NCBI GenBank assembly: GCA_038321985.1
Contig: JBBQFN010000009.1
Coordinates: 1 to 64,000, forward strand
Source: Cyanophyceae cyanobacterium
GTDB taxonomy: Bacteria > Cyanobacteriota > Cyanobacteriia > Cyanobacteriales > Laspinemataceae
Direction of reading: 5' to 3'
DNA length: 64,000 nt
Part shown: positions 1-11,764 of the stretch, one piece after another
How the letters are laid out: the number at the start of each line of letters is the position of its first letter
Numbering within the stretch: the stretch's first letter is position 1
Made by a program: the position numbers and the translations under genes
Notes under the pieces: generated by a model
Seen by the model: only the letters and a program-made list of their open reading frames with translations
Databases searched by the model: none
Told to the model about the DNA's origin: nothing

Positions 1-1151
1 ACCATGATGAATCCAGCAATGTACTGGTGGTGGGTGTACAGGGCTGCTTGGGTGGTGTAATCCCTTGCCATGAAAGCGTAGGGAGGCAGACTGTACATAT
101 GCTGCGCCACCAGAGAGGTCACCACGCCTAGGGCAGCCAAGGCGAAGGCCAACTGGAAGTGCAACGAGTTATTCATCGTGTCATAGAGACCTTTATGCCC
201 TTCACCCAGGTTGCCCGATGGGGGACGGTGGGCGTTGAGAATCTCTTTGATGCTATGACCGATCCCGAAGTTGGTTCGGTACATATGACCCGCGATGATG
301 AAAATCACCGCGATCGCCAAATGGTGATGGGCGATATCTGTCAACCACAACGACTCAGTTTGAGGGTGGAATCCACCTAAGAAGGTGAGAATTGCACTCC
401 CTGAACCTTGAGCGGTTCCAAATACATGGTTAGCCGTGTCGGGGTTTTGGGCGTACACACCCCAGTTTCCCGTGAAGAACGGTGCTAAACCGGCTGGGTG
501 CGGTTTGACGGAGAGGAAGTTATCCCAGCCGACATGAACCCCCCGAGATTCGGGTATAGCAACGTGGACGAGGTGACCCGTCCATGCCAAGGAACTGACA
601 CCGAATAGACCCGCTAAGTGGTGGTTCAAACGCGATTCCGCATTTTTGAACCAAGACAAGGAGGGACGGAATTTCGGTTGTAGGTGTAACCACCCGGCAA
701 ATAACATCACGGCGGCTAGGACTAATAAGAAGATCGACCCTTGGTACAGGTCCGAGTTCTTGGTCATGCCGATGGTGTACCACCAGTGGTAAACACCGCT
801 ATAGGCGATGTTTACTGGGTTTGATGCTCCCGCTTGGGTAAAGGCATCTACTGCCGGTGCCCCAAATTGCGGGTCCCAGATCGCGTGAGCGATCGGACGC
901 ACGTTCAAGGGGTCTTTGATCCACTGCTCGAAATTGCCTTGCCACGCGACGTGGAAGAGGTTGCCCGATGTCCACAGGAAGATGATTGCCAGGTGACCGA
1001 AGTGGGAGGCGAAAATCTTTTGGTAAAGATTTTCTTCCGTCATTCCATCATGGCTTTCAAAGTCGTGGGCCATTGCAATCCCGTACCACAGCCGACGAGT
1101 TGTCGGGTCTGCCGCGAGGTCTTGGCTAAATTTTGGGAATTTTGTTGCCAT
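1..1151 (-). CDS. psaB: Photosystem I P700 apoprotein A2, 5' part (runs off window start)
   Basis: Minus strand from ATG at 1151 reads [60 protein letters not shown]; starts 24 bp downstream of psaA. Confidence 0.98.
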   Translation of the reverse strand, partial: MATKFPKFSQDLAADPTTRRLWYGIAMAHDFESHDGMTEENLYQKIFASHFGHLAIIFLWTSGNLFHVAWQGNFEQWIKDPLNVRPIAHAIWDPQFGAPAVDAFTQAGASNPVNIAYSGVYHWWYTIGMTKNSDLYQGSIFLLVLAAVMLFAGWLHLQPKFRPSLSWFKNAESRLNHHLAGLFGVSSLAWTGHLVHVAIPESRGVHVGWDNFLSVKPHPAGLAPFFTGNWGVYAQNPDTANHVFGTAQGSGSAILTFLGGFHPQTESLWLTDIAHHHLAIAVIFIIAGHMYRTNFGIGHSIKEILNAHRPPSGNLGEGHKGLYDTMNNSLHFQLAFALAALGVVTSLVAQHMYSLPPYAFMARDYTTQAALYTHHQYIAGFIM

Positions 1152-1175
1152 GTCTTTTTTAGCTCCTCCTCGCTA

Positions 1176-3446
1176 TCATCCTGAGACTGCAATAATGCGG
1201 GCCAGGAAGAATGCCCAGGTCGTTACAATACCTCCTAAGAGATAGTGAGCAACCCCAACCGCACGTCCTTGAATGATACTCAGAGCGCGAGGCTGAATTG
1301 CCGGGGCAACTCTCAGTTTGTTGTGTGCCCAGACAATGGATTCAATCAGTTCTTGCCAGTAGCCGCGACCGCTGAACAGGAACATCAGGCTGAATGCCCA
1401 CACAAAGTGAGCGCCGAGGAACAGCAGACCGTAAGCGGACAAGGCCGTCCCGTAGGATTGAATCACCTGCGAGGCTTGCGCCCACAGGAAGTCGCGCAAC
1501 CAACCATTAATGGTGATCGAGCTTTGAGCAAAGTTACCGCCGGTAATATGAGCAACGGTGCCATCGGGAGAAACTGTACCCCAGACATCCGACTGCATCT
1601 TCCAGCTAAAGTGGAAAATTACAATGGAGAGGGAGTTGTACATCCAGAACAGACCGAGGAACACATGGTCCCAACCGGAAACTTGGCAAGTGCCGCCACG
1701 ACCGGGTCCATCGCAAGGGAAGCGGAAGCCGAGTTCGCTCTTATCTGGAACCAGACGAGAGTTACGGGCAAACAGAACCCCTTTGAGCAGAATCAAGACG
1801 GTAACGTGAATGGTGAAGGCGTGGATGTGATGAATCAGGAAGTCTGCTGTACCGAGGGTGATCGGCATCATGGCAACCTTTCCACCAACCGCGACTACAT
1901 CTCCACCGAAAACGAAGCTAGCGGGTGCTAGAGCGTTCGGTGCAGTGCTACCGGGAGCCAAGAAGTGCAGATTTTGCACCCACTGGGCAAAAATGGGCTG
2001 AAGTTGAATGGCCGAGTCCGAGAACATATCTTGGGGACGACCAAACGCTCTCATGGTGTCGTTGTGAACGTATAACCCGAAGCTGTGGAAGCCCAGGAAC
2101 ATACAGACCCAGTTCAGGTGAGAGATGATTGCATCACGGTGACGCAGGACGCGATCTAGCAAGTTGTTGACGTTCTTGGCTGGATCGTAGTCGCGCACCA
2201 TGAAGATGGAGGCGTGAGCACCGGCACCAACAATCAGGAAGCCGCCAATCCACATATGGTGGGTGAAGAGGGACAACTGAGTCGGATAGTCGGTGGCGAT
2301 GTATGGATACGGAGGCATCGCATACATATGATGGGCCACGATGATGCTCAAAGAACCCATCATCGCCAAGTTGATGGCGAGTTGCGCGTGCCAGGAGGTG
2401 GTCAGGATTTCGTAGAGACCCTTATGGCCTTCACCAGTGAAAGGACCTTTATGGGCTTCCAGGATTTGCTTCATGCTATGACCGATACCCCAGTTGGTCC
2501 GGTACATATGGCCTGCGATGATGAACAGAACGGCGATCGCCAAATGATGGTGTGCCGAATCCGTCAACCACAAACCGCCGGTAACGGGGTTCAAGCCACC
2601 TTTAAAGGTGAGGAAGTCGCTATAAACGCCCCAGTTGAGGGTGAAGAAAGGAATTACTCCTTTGAAGAATCCCCAATCCACGCTCGGATATAGCTGGGTC
2701 ATCAAGCTCGGGTTCAAAATGAACTCGTGGGGTAAGGGAATGTCTTTCGCATTCACCCCAGAATCCAGGAGCTTGTTAATTGGCAGAGCCACGTGAATTT
2801 GGTGACCCGCCCAGCTCAAAGAACCGAGACCGAGTAATCCAGCCAGGTGATGGTTCATCATCGACTCCACGTTCTGGAACCATTCCAGTTTGGGAGCGCG
2901 TTTGTGATAATGGAACCAACCTGCAAACAGCATCAGCGCTGCCATCACCAATCCACCGATCGCGGTGCAGTAGAGTTGAAACTCATTGGTGATACCCGAG
3001 GCACGCCACAACTGGAATAAACCAGAGGTGATCTGAATACCGTGGAATCCACCGCCAACGTTGGCGTTTAAAATTTCTTGTCCGAAGATCGGCCAAACCA
3101 CTTGGGCACTGGGTTTAATTCCAGTCGGGTCGGTTAGCCATGCTTCATAGTTGGAAAATTTGGCACCGTGGAAATAGGCACCGCTTAACCAGATGAAGAT
3201 GACAGCCAGGTGGCCGAAGTGCGCGCTAAAAATTTTGCGCGATACGTCTTCTAAATCGCTGGTGTGACTATCGAAATCATGAGCGTTAGCGTGCAGGTTC
3301 CAAATCCACGTGGTGGTTTTGGGCCCGCGAGACAAGGTACGGTCAAAGTGACCGGGTTTGGCCCACTTCTCGAATGAGGTGGGAACGGGATCTCTATCCA
3401 CCGTTACCTTGACTTTTGCCTCTCGCTCTGGAGGGCTAATCGTCAT
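1176..3446 (-). CDS. psaA: Photosystem I P700 apoprotein A1
   Basis: [14 protein letters not shown] start (ATG 3446, GAGGAGA RBS); [14 protein letters not shown]-binding motif. Confidence 0.99.
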   Translation of the reverse strand: MTISPPEREAKVKVTVDRDPVPTSFEKWAKPGHFDRTLSRGPKTTTWIWNLHANAHDFDSHTSDLEDVSRKIFSAHFGHLAVIFIWLSGAYFHGAKFSNYEAWLTDPTGIKPSAQVVWPIFGQEILNANVGGGFHGIQITSGLFQLWRASGITNEFQLYCTAIGGLVMAALMLFAGWFHYHKRAPKLEWFQNVESMMNHHLAGLLGLGSLSWAGHQIHVALPINKLLDSGVNAKDIPLPHEFILNPSLMTQLYPSVDWGFFKGVIPFFTLNWGVYSDFLTFKGGLNPVTGGLWLTDSAHHHLAIAVLFIIAGHMYRTNWGIGHSMKQILEAHKGPFTGEGHKGLYEILTTSWHAQLAINLAMMGSLSIIVAHHMYAMPPYPYIATDYPTQLSLFTHHMWIGGFLIVGAGAHASIFMVRDYDPAKNVNNLLDRVLRHRDAIISHLNWVCMFLGFHSFGLYVHNDTMRAFGRPQDMFSDSAIQLQPIFAQWVQNLHFLAPGSTAPNALAPASFVFGGDVVAVGGKVAMMPITLGTADFLIHHIHAFTIHVTVLILLKGVLFARNSRLVPDKSELGFRFPCDGPGRGGTCQVSGWDHVFLGLFWMYNSLSIVIFHFSWKMQSDVWGTVSPDGTVAHITGGNFAQSSITINGWLRDFLWAQASQVIQSYGTALSAYGLLFLGAHFVWAFSLMFLFSGRGYWQELIESIVWAHNKLRVAPAIQPRALSIIQGRAVGVAHYLLGGIVTTWAFFLARIIAVSG

Positions 3447-3689
3447 CGAGACTCTCCTCTCTCTAGACAAGGACCTAATTTACATTTCACCCTAGGTGTT
3501 GCTCTAACACAACGGTTCACTACACGAGGTGAGTGTTGGGTGCCTTACAACTTTTTAAAAAACCTTTTAAGGGTTCTTACAGTTTGTTAGTTTAATCCAA
3601 ACTCGGGCTTTTGTGTAGTAATCGCTCTAAAAAATCCAGCGAGATGCTGGCCTGTCGAGCAAGACAACCTTAGTGGCTTCTGTTCGTGC

Positions 3690-3740
3690 ATTATAAGGCT
3701 ACCTCGGTTATCTGAATGCACTGCTTAACAATAATTCAAA
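3690..3740 (-). promoter_or_regulatory. psaA promoter: -10 TATAAT plus upstream AT-rich HLR1/RpaB-like element
   Basis: TATAAT on minus strand at 3690-3695; TTTGAATTATTGTTAAGCAG upstream resembles the AT-rich RpaB element of cyanobacterial psaA promoters as recalled. Confidence 0.5.
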
Positions 3741-4058
3741 CTCGCCAAGATTTAATCAGGTATTGGCTTTCTGTTTTAAGCTCTCGTGAAAAAGTCAAGG
3801 GGTTTTTGCAGAAATTAACATAACTTAATACTTGACCCAAAAAGGCGGTAGGTCATTTAACTGGCGTACAATTGCAAGATGAGGGGATGTAAGGATTCGT
3901 GAGGTTTCCAGAGCATCTAAACCGGGAAATCAGATTGCGTGCTTTTACCGCAACGATCGCCTTTCATCTCCCCTGCGGGCAATTAGCCCATCATTGGTTT
4001 TATTTATGGAAAGACTTAACAAGTTTTCATAGTTGATCTCATATAGGAGAGTTGCTAA

Positions 4059-5468
4059 GTGTTAGGTATAAATTCGCGATCGCCTTTTTTCAAACCGTTA
4101 CTGGCCGCGATCGTCGCAGTCATCGTCCTGTTTGGCTTAGGTGCCTGTAGCGATCGCATCGAAGCCCCTCCCAATCTCGAAATCTCCCCAGCCGTCCTCA
4201 TCGACAGCGAGTCCCAAATCTCCGAAGTCTCTCCTCCCGAAGAGATTCAAAAACTGAAACTGGCATTAGACCAATATCAACCCCAAGTCCAAATCTTAAG
4301 TCCCCAACCCGGTGCAGTTCTGGACGATACAACCGTTGCCGTCCAATTACAAGTGCGTGACCTGCCCCTGTTTAAAAATCAGGACCTCGGCCTAGGACCC
4401 CACCTGCACCTCTTTTTGGACCACCACCCCTATCAAGCCATTTACGACGTCAGGGAACCGATTGTATTAACCGACCTAGAACCAGGGACCCATACCCTGC
4501 GGGTATTCGCCTCCCGTCCCTGGCATGAAAGTTTTAAAAATGAAGGGGCATACGCGGAAACTACCTTCCACCTCTTTGCACCCAGCGAAGATAATCAACC
4601 GGATCCAAACCAACCCATCCTCACCTACAGCCGTCCGCAAGGGAGTTATGGGGCGGAACCGATTATGCTGGACTTCTATCTGACAAACGCGCCGTTACAC
4701 TTCGTCGCCCAAGAAAATGCCACGGATGAAATCCCCGATTGGCGGATTCGAGTCACGATTAATGGAGAAAGCTTCGTCCTCGATCGCTGGGACCCGATTT
4801 ATCTGAAAGGATTTAAGAAAGGCAAAAACTGGGTCAAGGTGGAGTTTCTCGATGAGAGAGGTAATCCAGTCAATAATGCCTTTAATACCACCGTGCGGGC
4901 GATCGATTATCAACCGAAAGGCAAAGATGCCCTATCGCGGTTAGTTCGGGGGGACCTGAAAGCAGAAAAGGCCGTTGTCATTGTTGACCCCACCTATAAC
5001 CCCCCACCGGAACCCACACCGGAACCCACACCAGAACCCACACCGGAACCTACACCGGAACCTACACCAGAACCCACCCCAGAAACAGAACCGCAGTCCC
5101 TCTTGCCCCTTCCCGAACCGGAAGAGATGCCAGTAGAATTGGTGCCCGAAGAAGTGGTGCTGATGCCTGAAACAGTGCAACCAACACCCACAGCAGAATC
5201 AGCCGAACTGATGCCCGAGGAAGCCAAACCGGAACCGGAGGTCGTGGAACTACCACCGAAACAAGTTACGCGATCGAGATTTGATCAACTGCGCGATCGC
5301 TTCCGTCGTCCCAGTCCCGAACCCACCGCCCCCCTGCCAGTAGTTCCGGAACCCAAGGCAGTGCCCGAGGTGATATCAGAACCGAGTCAGACAGAACCCA
5401 TAGAACTCACGCCCGCACCAGCCACCACAGAAAGTGAGATAGAGGTAACGATACAACCCCTAGACTAA
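4059..5468 (+). CDS. Conserved cyanobacterial lipoprotein with Pro/Glu-rich C-terminal tail
   Basis: Signal peptide ending in lipobox LGAC; GPHLHLFLD and PGTHTLRVFASRPWHESFKN motifs; GGAG RBS before GTG. Confidence 0.8.
   Translation: MLGINSRSPFFKPLLAAIVAVIVLFGLGACSDRIEAPPNLEISPAVLIDSESQISEVSPPEEIQKLKLALDQYQPQVQILSPQPGAVLDDTTVAVQLQVRDLPLFKNQDLGLGPHLHLFLDHHPYQAIYDVREPIVLTDLEPGTHTLRVFASRPWHESFKNEGAYAETTFHLFAPSEDNQPDPNQPILTYSRPQGSYGAEPIMLDFYLTNAPLHFVAQENATDEIPDWRIRVTINGESFVLDRWDPIYLKGFKKGKNWVKVEFLDERGNPVNNAFNTTVRAIDYQPKGKDALSRLVRGDLKAEKAVVIVDPTYNPPPEPTPEPTPEPTPEPTPEPTPEPTPETEPQSLLPLPEPEEMPVELVPEEVVLMPETVQPTPTAESAELMPEEAKPEPEVVELPPKQVTRSRFDQLRDRFRRPSPEPTAPLPVVPEPKAVPEVISEPSQTEPIELTPAPATTESEIEVTIQPLD
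5007..5078 (+). repeat. 12-bp coding tandem repeat, (PEPT)x6
   Basis: CCRGAACCYACA units repeated six times in the ORF. Confidence 0.9.
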
Positions 5469-5489
5469 CCTCCCATTCATAGATAAACT

Positions 5490-5515
5490 AAAAGCCCGCT
5501 TAGGCGGGCTTTTTT
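5490..5515 (+). terminator. Rho-independent terminator
   Basis: AAAAGCCCGC-TTAG-GCGGGCTTTTTT just after the 5468 stop. Confidence 0.85.
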
Positions 5516-5664
5516 GTAGAACGAGACACCGGGGTTTTGCCTTAATTATGAAGTCTGATTATAGCTGTTTCTGGACTCATGGACAGGCTGTTGGTTTCTC
5601 AGATCATGGCTGAAGCCGTTACATAAGCCATTTGCGGCTTTGTAGCCTTTTTCCAAACCAAATA

Positions 5665-5702
5665 AATACGGGCATCTCACCGCAGCAAGATACCCGCATT
5701 TT
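5665..5702 (-). terminator. Probable terminator downstream of ndhD
   Basis: Minus strand AAATGCGGGTATCTTGCTGCGGTGAGATGCCCGTATTT hairpin followed by T-rich tract. Confidence 0.55.
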
Positions 5703-5774
5703 GATAATTTCACCCCTTAAATTGGGTAACAATTTTTCACCAAAAACTGGGTTCTGAGCATTCTGCTCATCCCA

Positions 5775-7466
5775 TTACTCTGGACTATATTCGGCTAATT
5801 TTGCCATTGGAGGTAAACTGGGTGCGTTGAAACCGATGGTTTCGGTTGACCGCACTTGGGCATAGGCTTGGGTGGCTACGCCGTTAATGGCAACGGTGGT
5901 GGTGTCATACACTTGCATAGCAATTTTGGGATAACACCCGATCGCCACGATCGCCACTAAAAAGCTCAAGGCGATCGCAACTTCCCGAGGGCGACTATCA
6001 ATAAACGCCGCTTCTCCCGGTAATATACAATTTGTCCCAAAACAGACCGCTGCTTGGTTTTCGATAAAGTCTTCCCGTAACTCCGGATCGGTAATGTCAC
6101 AAGCCGGGATTTCTTTGGACCCATAGAAGGACCCGTGAAACACTTGGCGGACCATCGACAACAAGTAAATTGGCGTGAGAATTACCCCAATTGCAGCTAG
6201 AAAGACTACCGCAATTCGGAAGGTGATGCTATAAAAATCGCTGGTGGCAATCCCCATAAACACCGCTACTTCACTGGCAAATCCACTCATTCCCGGTAGG
6301 GCAAGAGAAGCCATTGCACCGGCAGTATAGAGAGCGAACACTTTAGGCATGAACAGCCCAATTCCTCCCATATCTTGCATGGTCATGGTATGGGTTCGGT
6401 CATAAGTAACCCCAGTTAAGAAAAATAGGACCGAGGCAATTAATCCGTGGGAAATCATCTGCAACATTGCCCCATTAATCCCCAGGTCAGTGAAGGAGGC
6501 AATCCCAATTAACACAAACCCCATGTGTGAAACGGAAGAATAGGCGAGTCGCCGTTTCATGTTGGTTTGGGCAAAGGATGTTAATGCACCGTAAACAATA
6601 TTAACTACTCCCAAGGTGACTAGAACAGGAGCAAAGTAAACATGAGCATCGGGCAGTAATCCCATGTTCATACGCATTAATCCATAAGCACCCATTTTTA
6701 ATAACACCCCAGCCAAAATCATGGACACTGGGGCAGATGCTTCGCCGTGAGCGTCGGGGAGCCAGGTATGGAAGGGGAAGGCTGCTAGTTTGACCCCGAA
6801 TGCGATTAATAAACCGGCATAGAGAGGCAGTTGCAACGCCAAGGGGAACTCTTTGAGGGCAATGTCGGCAATATCAAAGGAAGCAGGGCCGGGTCCATAA
6901 AGGGCTAAGGCAAGTCCGGCAATTAGAATAAAGATGGAGGCGGCAGCGGTGTAAAGCAGGAATTTGATAGCGGCATATTGTCGCTTCGGACCGCCCCAGA
7001 TACAGACGAGAAGGTAGACGGGGACAAGTTCGATTTCCCACATGATAAAGAACAGCAGGAGGTCTTGGGCGATGAAAACCCCCACCTGTGCTGCATATAA
7101 CACCAGCATTAGGAAGTAGAACATTCGCGGTTTGCGGTCTACTTGCCATGCAGAAAGAAGGGCCATGCTGGTGACGAATCCGGCGAGGAGGACCAATGGC
7201 ATAGAGATGCCATCGACGGAGACGGTCCAACTGATGCCCAGTTGGGGAATCCAGCTAAATTTTTCGACGAGTTGAAAGCTCGAAAGGTGCGGATCGTAGT
7301 TTTGCCAGAAAAGTAGGCACATGAGGGCAAAGTCTGCGATCGCCACTCCGGTAGCGTACCAGCGCAACACGGTTCCGTCGCGATCGGGAATCACTGGAAC
7401 CAGTAATGCTGCCACTAGGGGGAGGGCAAATATAGTAGTTAACCAAGGAAAGGAATCAGCAAGCAT
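5775..7466 (-). CDS. ndhD: NAD(P)H-quinone oxidoreductase subunit 4 (NdhD family)
   Basis: FPWLT N-terminus, [46 protein letters not shown] motifs. Confidence 0.93.
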   Translation of the reverse strand: MLADSFPWLTTIFALPLVAALLVPVIPDRDGTVLRWYATGVAIADFALMCLLFWQNYDPHLSSFQLVEKFSWIPQLGISWTVSVDGISMPLVLLAGFVTSMALLSAWQVDRKPRMFYFLMLVLYAAQVGVFIAQDLLLFFIMWEIELVPVYLLVCIWGGPKRQYAAIKFLLYTAAASIFILIAGLALALYGPGPASFDIADIALKEFPLALQLPLYAGLLIAFGVKLAAFPFHTWLPDAHGEASAPVSMILAGVLLKMGAYGLMRMNMGLLPDAHVYFAPVLVTLGVVNIVYGALTSFAQTNMKRRLAYSSVSHMGFVLIGIASFTDLGINGAMLQMISHGLIASVLFFLTGVTYDRTHTMTMQDMGGIGLFMPKVFALYTAGAMASLALPGMSGFASEVAVFMGIATSDFYSITFRIAVVFLAAIGVILTPIYLLSMVRQVFHGSFYGSKEIPACDITDPELREDFIENQAAVCFGTNCILPGEAAFIDSRPREVAIALSFLVAIVAIGCYPKIAMQVYDTTTVAINGVATQAYAQVRSTETIGFNAPSLPPMAKLAEYSPE

Positions 7467-7790
7467 TGCAGTGAGTGGTCTATTTTTTAAAAGGGCCAGG
7501 GCATTAATCTTGAAACTATTATGCCTGTTTTTTTAACATTTCTTTAACTTGGGCAAGATGTAATTGATTTTTTTAAGGTGAGGCGAGGCCCAGATGTAGC
7601 CCGATCGCCCTTGGGGTAAGCAAAGGTAACTCGGATTAACCAACCTATATATCCGGATGTTAACAATTTGCAATTTACGGGTAAAGTTTAAGAATAAAAA
7701 GGTTGAGGCTGATCGCCGCAGACAAATATCTGAGGTGGACCTGAAATGCCGCACACCCCTAGAGGAAACCCCCTTCAAGGGGGAAATTTA

Positions 7791-8243
7791 TTACCCGCCT
7801 GGGTGATGTTGCCTGAGATGATGGACTAAAGCCTGAAGTCCTAGACGATAACTATCGGGGCCAAACCCGCTAATTTGCCCGATTGCGATCGCAGCAATAT
7901 AAGAGTGATGGCGAAAGGGTTCGCGCCGATAAATATTGCTGAGATGAACCTCCACTGTGGGAAGGTTAACCGCCGCGATCGCATCCCGAATCGCCACACT
8001 CGTATGAGTATAAGCCCCCGGATTAATCAAAATTCCTGAATGACGGTCCCTGGCGACCTGAATAGTGTCCACCAGTACCCCTTCATGATTTGACTGTAAC
8101 GCCGACAGATTCACGTCCAAAGCCTGCGCTTCTGCTTCGAGCAAACCATTAATGTCTTCTAACGTTGCACTTCCATACACTCCTGGTTCTCGCTGACCCA
8201 GGAGATTTAAGTTTGGCCCGTGCAGTACCAATATATTCAACAA
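7791..8243 (-). CDS. aroQ: Type II 3-dehydroquinate dehydratase
   Basis: [52 protein letters not shown]. Confidence 0.97.
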   Translation of the reverse strand: MLNILVLHGPNLNLLGQREPGVYGSATLEDINGLLEAEAQALDVNLSALQSNHEGVLVDTIQVARDRHSGILINPGAYTHTSVAIRDAIAAVNLPTVEVHLSNIYRREPFRHHSYIAAIAIGQISGFGPDSYRLGLQALVHHLRQHHPGG

Positions 8244-8275
8244 TCGCGGATGCCTACGCCTTTAAAACTATAAAT

Positions 8276-8413
8276 TTACCGACGCCGACGGGGTTCGTTG
8301 ACTGGAATAGGAATGGGTTCCGCTTCCGGTTCTGCCTCTGGACCGAGAAGGGCTTCAATAATTTTACGCGCCCATTCTTTTAATTTGTCGATTAGGGTAT
8401 CTATATAATCCAT
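8276..8413 (-). CDS. 45-aa small protein (below ORF-track cutoff)
   Basis: Manual translation: MDYIDTLIDKLKEWARKIIEALLGPEAEPEAEPIPIPVNEPRRRR*; AAGGAG upstream. Confidence 0.75.
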   Translation of the reverse strand: MDYIDTLIDKLKEWARKIIEALLGPEAEPEAEPIPIPVNEPRRRR

Positions 8414-8670
8414 TGAAAAGACAGCTCCTTGAATCCTGGCTATCGCTCTACTACTTGATGGCAGCCAATAAGTGCCGTTGGGAACAGAATTGGAATTACT
8501 CTGTTTCTTTGATCATAACGAATCCTGCGAAATGAGCAAGTACACTCAACCGTACAAAACCGGTGTTTGGGGATCAGTCCCTCGGTTTTTAATCCTCTTG
8601 CACTCTAAATATAGCGTTTTTAAAAATAAATAACTCTACTTGTAGCGTTTGGTGAGATTTATGGGAAATG

Positions 8671-9927
8671 TTAAGCAATTCTTAACATTTTTCTGCGGAG
8701 GCGATCAAGAGCATTTTCCGCACTGTAATGGCGAATCAGATCTCGATTCTGGAGGGCGCTCAATCGATACTCAAAACTTTCGAGCTCGGAGTGGGGTCCA
8801 GCTAACCCGATATAAACTAACCCGAGGGGCTTGGTCGTAGTGCCACCGCCAGGACCGGCAATACCTGTGATACTGAGACCCCAAGTGGTTCCTAGTTTGG
8901 CGCGGACGCCGAGGGCCATTTGTTGAGCGACAGTCGAGCTGACTGCACCCTCACGGGCTAAATCCGCTGCATCGACATCCAGAAGTCCGATTTTCACGGA
9001 ATTGTCATAAGCAATCACCCCACCCCAAAAATAGCGAGAACTTCCGGAAGCAGCGGTGAGCAGACTCCCCAGACCTCCGCCCGTGCAGGATTCGGCCACG
9101 GAGAGGGTTTCCCCCCGTTGTATGAGTAACTCACCCACCACTGAGGCGAGGGTATCGTCATTGCACCCAAAATAGTCAAATCCAGCGATATTTTGAATCT
9201 GTTGCTGTACTGGAGCGATCGCCGCTTGTGCCGCAGCCTCGGACGAAGCATGGGCCGACACTCTAAGTTTGACCTCGCCATTGAGGGCGTAAGGTGCCAC
9301 CGTCGGATTGGTTAACGCCAACAACGGCGCGACTTTTTCCGCTAACACGGATTCAGAAATCCCCCAAAATTTCAACATCCGACTGTAGATAATATCTTGA
9401 CCCCACCCTTGAACCTTGAGATAGGGAACAACGGTTTCTTGCCACATCCGATACATTTCGTGGGGAACCCCAGGAAAGGTAAGAATCGTCAAATTTGAGA
9501 GGGGTTGCCAGATGATACCCGGGGCGGTGCCTAGGGGATTGGGTAAAATTTCGGCACCGGCAGGAATTAATGCTTGTTTGCGATTGCTGGCCGTCATCGG
9601 GCGATCTCGGGAGGCATATTTTTGGATCAAGTCTTCGAGAATGTCCGCCCTTTCTACCATTCCGACCCCGAAACAACGCGCGAGAGTTTCGTGGGTGAGG
9701 TCATCTGGGGTGGGTCCAAGACCGCCGGTAAAGATGAGAATTTGGGCAGAACGCTCGATCGCCGTCGCCACTACCTGTTTAATCCGGTCAGGATTGTCCC
9801 CTACAACGGTTTGAAAATAATGAGGAATACCCAGTCTTGCCAGTTCTTTGGCTAAAAACTGAGAGTTGCTGTTAAGAATATCTCCTAACAGCAATTCTGT
9901 GCCTACACAAATAATCTCAGCACTCAT
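8671..9927 (-). CDS. cinA: Competence/damage-inducible protein A (molybdopterin-binding-like + NMN deamidase domains)
   Basis: AEIICVGTELLLG, TGGLGPTPDDLT, AESCTGG, SITGIAGPGGG. Confidence 0.95.
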   Translation of the reverse strand: MSAEIICVGTELLLGDILNSNSQFLAKELARLGIPHYFQTVVGDNPDRIKQVVATAIERSAQILIFTGGLGPTPDDLTHETLARCFGVGMVERADILEDLIQKYASRDRPMTASNRKQALIPAGAEILPNPLGTAPGIIWQPLSNLTILTFPGVPHEMYRMWQETVVPYLKVQGWGQDIIYSRMLKFWGISESVLAEKVAPLLALTNPTVAPYALNGEVKLRVSAHASSEAAAQAAIAPVQQQIQNIAGFDYFGCNDDTLASVVGELLIQRGETLSVAESCTGGGLGSLLTAASGSSRYFWGGVIAYDNSVKIGLLDVDAADLAREGAVSSTVAQQMALGVRAKLGTTWGLSITGIAGPGGGTTTKPLGLVYIGLAGPHSELESFEYRLSALQNRDLIRHYSAENALDRLRRKMLRIA

Positions 9928-9977
9928 GAATGTTTAGATTTTAGAGTTTAGATAGAACACACAGGGGAGAGGGCCGG

Positions 9978-11024
9978 TTATAACCGGGCGTGTTTCTTGA
10001 CTTTCCAACTGGCATAGCTGAGTAAAGCCGTGGCAGCAAAGGCATAGGCGATACCACTGGGAATTCCAGCAAAAGCAAGGGCGATACTACCGACCCAGAT
10101 AGTTAAAGCGTAAATAAATAGAACTGTCAACCGATGAGAAAGACCCGCTTCGAGTAGGCGATGGTGCAGATGACGCTTGTCCGCAGTAAAGGGCGATTTT
10201 CCATTCCGAATGCGATCGACAATCACCGCTGACATATCCAGAATCGGCACAGCCAGAATGATATAAGGCAGAACCACCGCAGTTACTGCCGTAGTTTTGA
10301 CCAAACCCACCACACCGACCCCGGCGAGGGTGAAACCAATAAAATAGGATCCACCATCCCCCATGAAAATCTGAGCGGGGTTAAAGTTGTACCGTAAGAA
10401 GCCCAATGTAGCACCAGCTAATGCAGCAGCAATCAAGGCAGCAGCGGGTTGATGCATGAAAAGGCTAACCATGAGCATGACTAAGGCGGCAATGCCCGAG
10501 ACCCCAGCAGCCAGACCATCTAATCCATCAATCCAGTTAATGGCATTTGTCATGCCCACTAACCAGATCACGGTGATGGGATAGCTAATCAAGTCAGGGA
10601 ATTTTACTAATCCCAGAAAGGGAATGGTTAAAAATTCAATTTGTACCCCTACCGCCCAAGCACCGCTGGCACAGATGGTCTGTAACAGGAGTCGCAACAA
10701 CGGAGACAGACCGTACAAATCGTCAGCAAGGCCTATCACAAAGAAGGCAAGGCCACCGAGGGTGAGGCCCCAAATTTCATATTCTTTAGGGGGCGGCAAG
10801 AAACCAAATCCACCCATCCACCAAACCATTAACAGGGCGATCGCTGTGCCTAGAAAGATGGATACGCCTCCTAAACGCACCATCGGCTGGCGGTGTACCT
10901 TACGTTCTCCAGGAAGATCAACTCGGCCACTTTTAATCCCGATTTTTTTGACGATCGGCGTCGTGGCAAGGACAACAAGGGCGGCTACAATAAAAGCAAC
11001 CAGATGGTAGAGCTGGTAGGGCAT
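9978..11024 (-). CDS. Glycosyltransferase family 4 (WecA/TagO/MraY-like undecaprenyl-phosphate GlcNAc-1-P transferase)
   Basis: Polytopic membrane protein; NAINWIDGLDGLA, NFNPAQIFMGDGGS, DKRHLHHRLL. Confidence 0.9.
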   Translation of the reverse strand: MPYQLYHLVAFIVAALVVLATTPIVKKIGIKSGRVDLPGERKVHRQPMVRLGGVSIFLGTAIALLMVWWMGGFGFLPPPKEYEIWGLTLGGLAFFVIGLADDLYGLSPLLRLLLQTICASGAWAVGVQIEFLTIPFLGLVKFPDLISYPITVIWLVGMTNAINWIDGLDGLAAGVSGIAALVMLMVSLFMHQPAAALIAAALAGATLGFLRYNFNPAQIFMGDGGSYFIGFTLAGVGVVGLVKTTAVTAVVLPYIILAVPILDMSAVIVDRIRNGKSPFTADKRHLHHRLLEAGLSHRLTVLFIYALTIWVGSIALAFAGIPSGIAYAFAATALLSYASWKVKKHARL

Positions 11025-11561
11025 TAGAATATACTCAGTTGCAAGACAAAAAACATCTCAGGCAAATTCTACCTACATTTACTACATTTAACTGAACCGG
11101 GCTACGGATGAAAGTGGAAGAATTCTTAAAATAAAGCAATTTAGGTTTTAAAAAGTGTAGTTGGGGCATTGTTCCTCCGAAAGAGGGGTGGGAACCCTCG
11201 CTACCAGATGCCCCTATTCGCCCTCGGGTTATGACCAAACACTAGCCTACTGCTTTTTTAGACAATTGCAGGCGCGAGGGGTTGAGGCAAGGGGGTAAAA
11301 CAATCTTTAAACAATTATGTCCGCTTACCTCTTGTAAAAGCAAGGGGGCCGACAGGGAATCGGGCGATCGCTGGTGTCGGGAATTTTTACCTAGATTTGA
11401 CCGAAGTCTTTTTTCCGGGTTCCATCTGCAGAGTCGGATCAGGGAATTAATGAGGGTCAGGGAGTGCAATTATCATGGCGGGAGTGTCATCCATGTCCTC
11501 ACAGAATAGACCCTGTGCAACCCGCTAGATAATTCCACGGTGCAGATACTGCCCCCTTACT

Positions 11562-11720
11562 AACTGGCACAGTTCGGGCGCAGGATTTCCCCACAGCCGG
11601 AAGAAACTATCACGGTTGTGGCTCAGTTTGGGTGGAGAGTTTCCCCAGATCAGGAAACTATCACAAAAAGTGGCACAGTTTGGGCCCAGGGTTCCCTGAG
11701 ATTAGGAAGAAACTGTCTAG
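11562..11720 (+). repeat. Three imperfect 52-54 bp tandem repeats upstream of a small ORF
   Basis: Units start TGGCACAGTT/TGGCTCAGTT at 11565, 11619, 11671, each followed by GGG..TTCCC..GGAA(GAA)ACT(A/G)TC. Confidence 0.75.
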
Positions 11721-11764
11721 AGAGATTCAGTATAAACATCTGGGATAATTGAGGAGAGTAGGAG

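Noticed and set aside
159..2992. Plus-strand and alternate-frame ORFs over psaA/psaB
   Set aside because: Shadow ORFs of strongly conserved genes, with no recognisable motifs.
11562..11720. CRISPR interpretation of the 53-bp repeats
   Set aside because: Only three degenerate tandem units, with no spacer structure.
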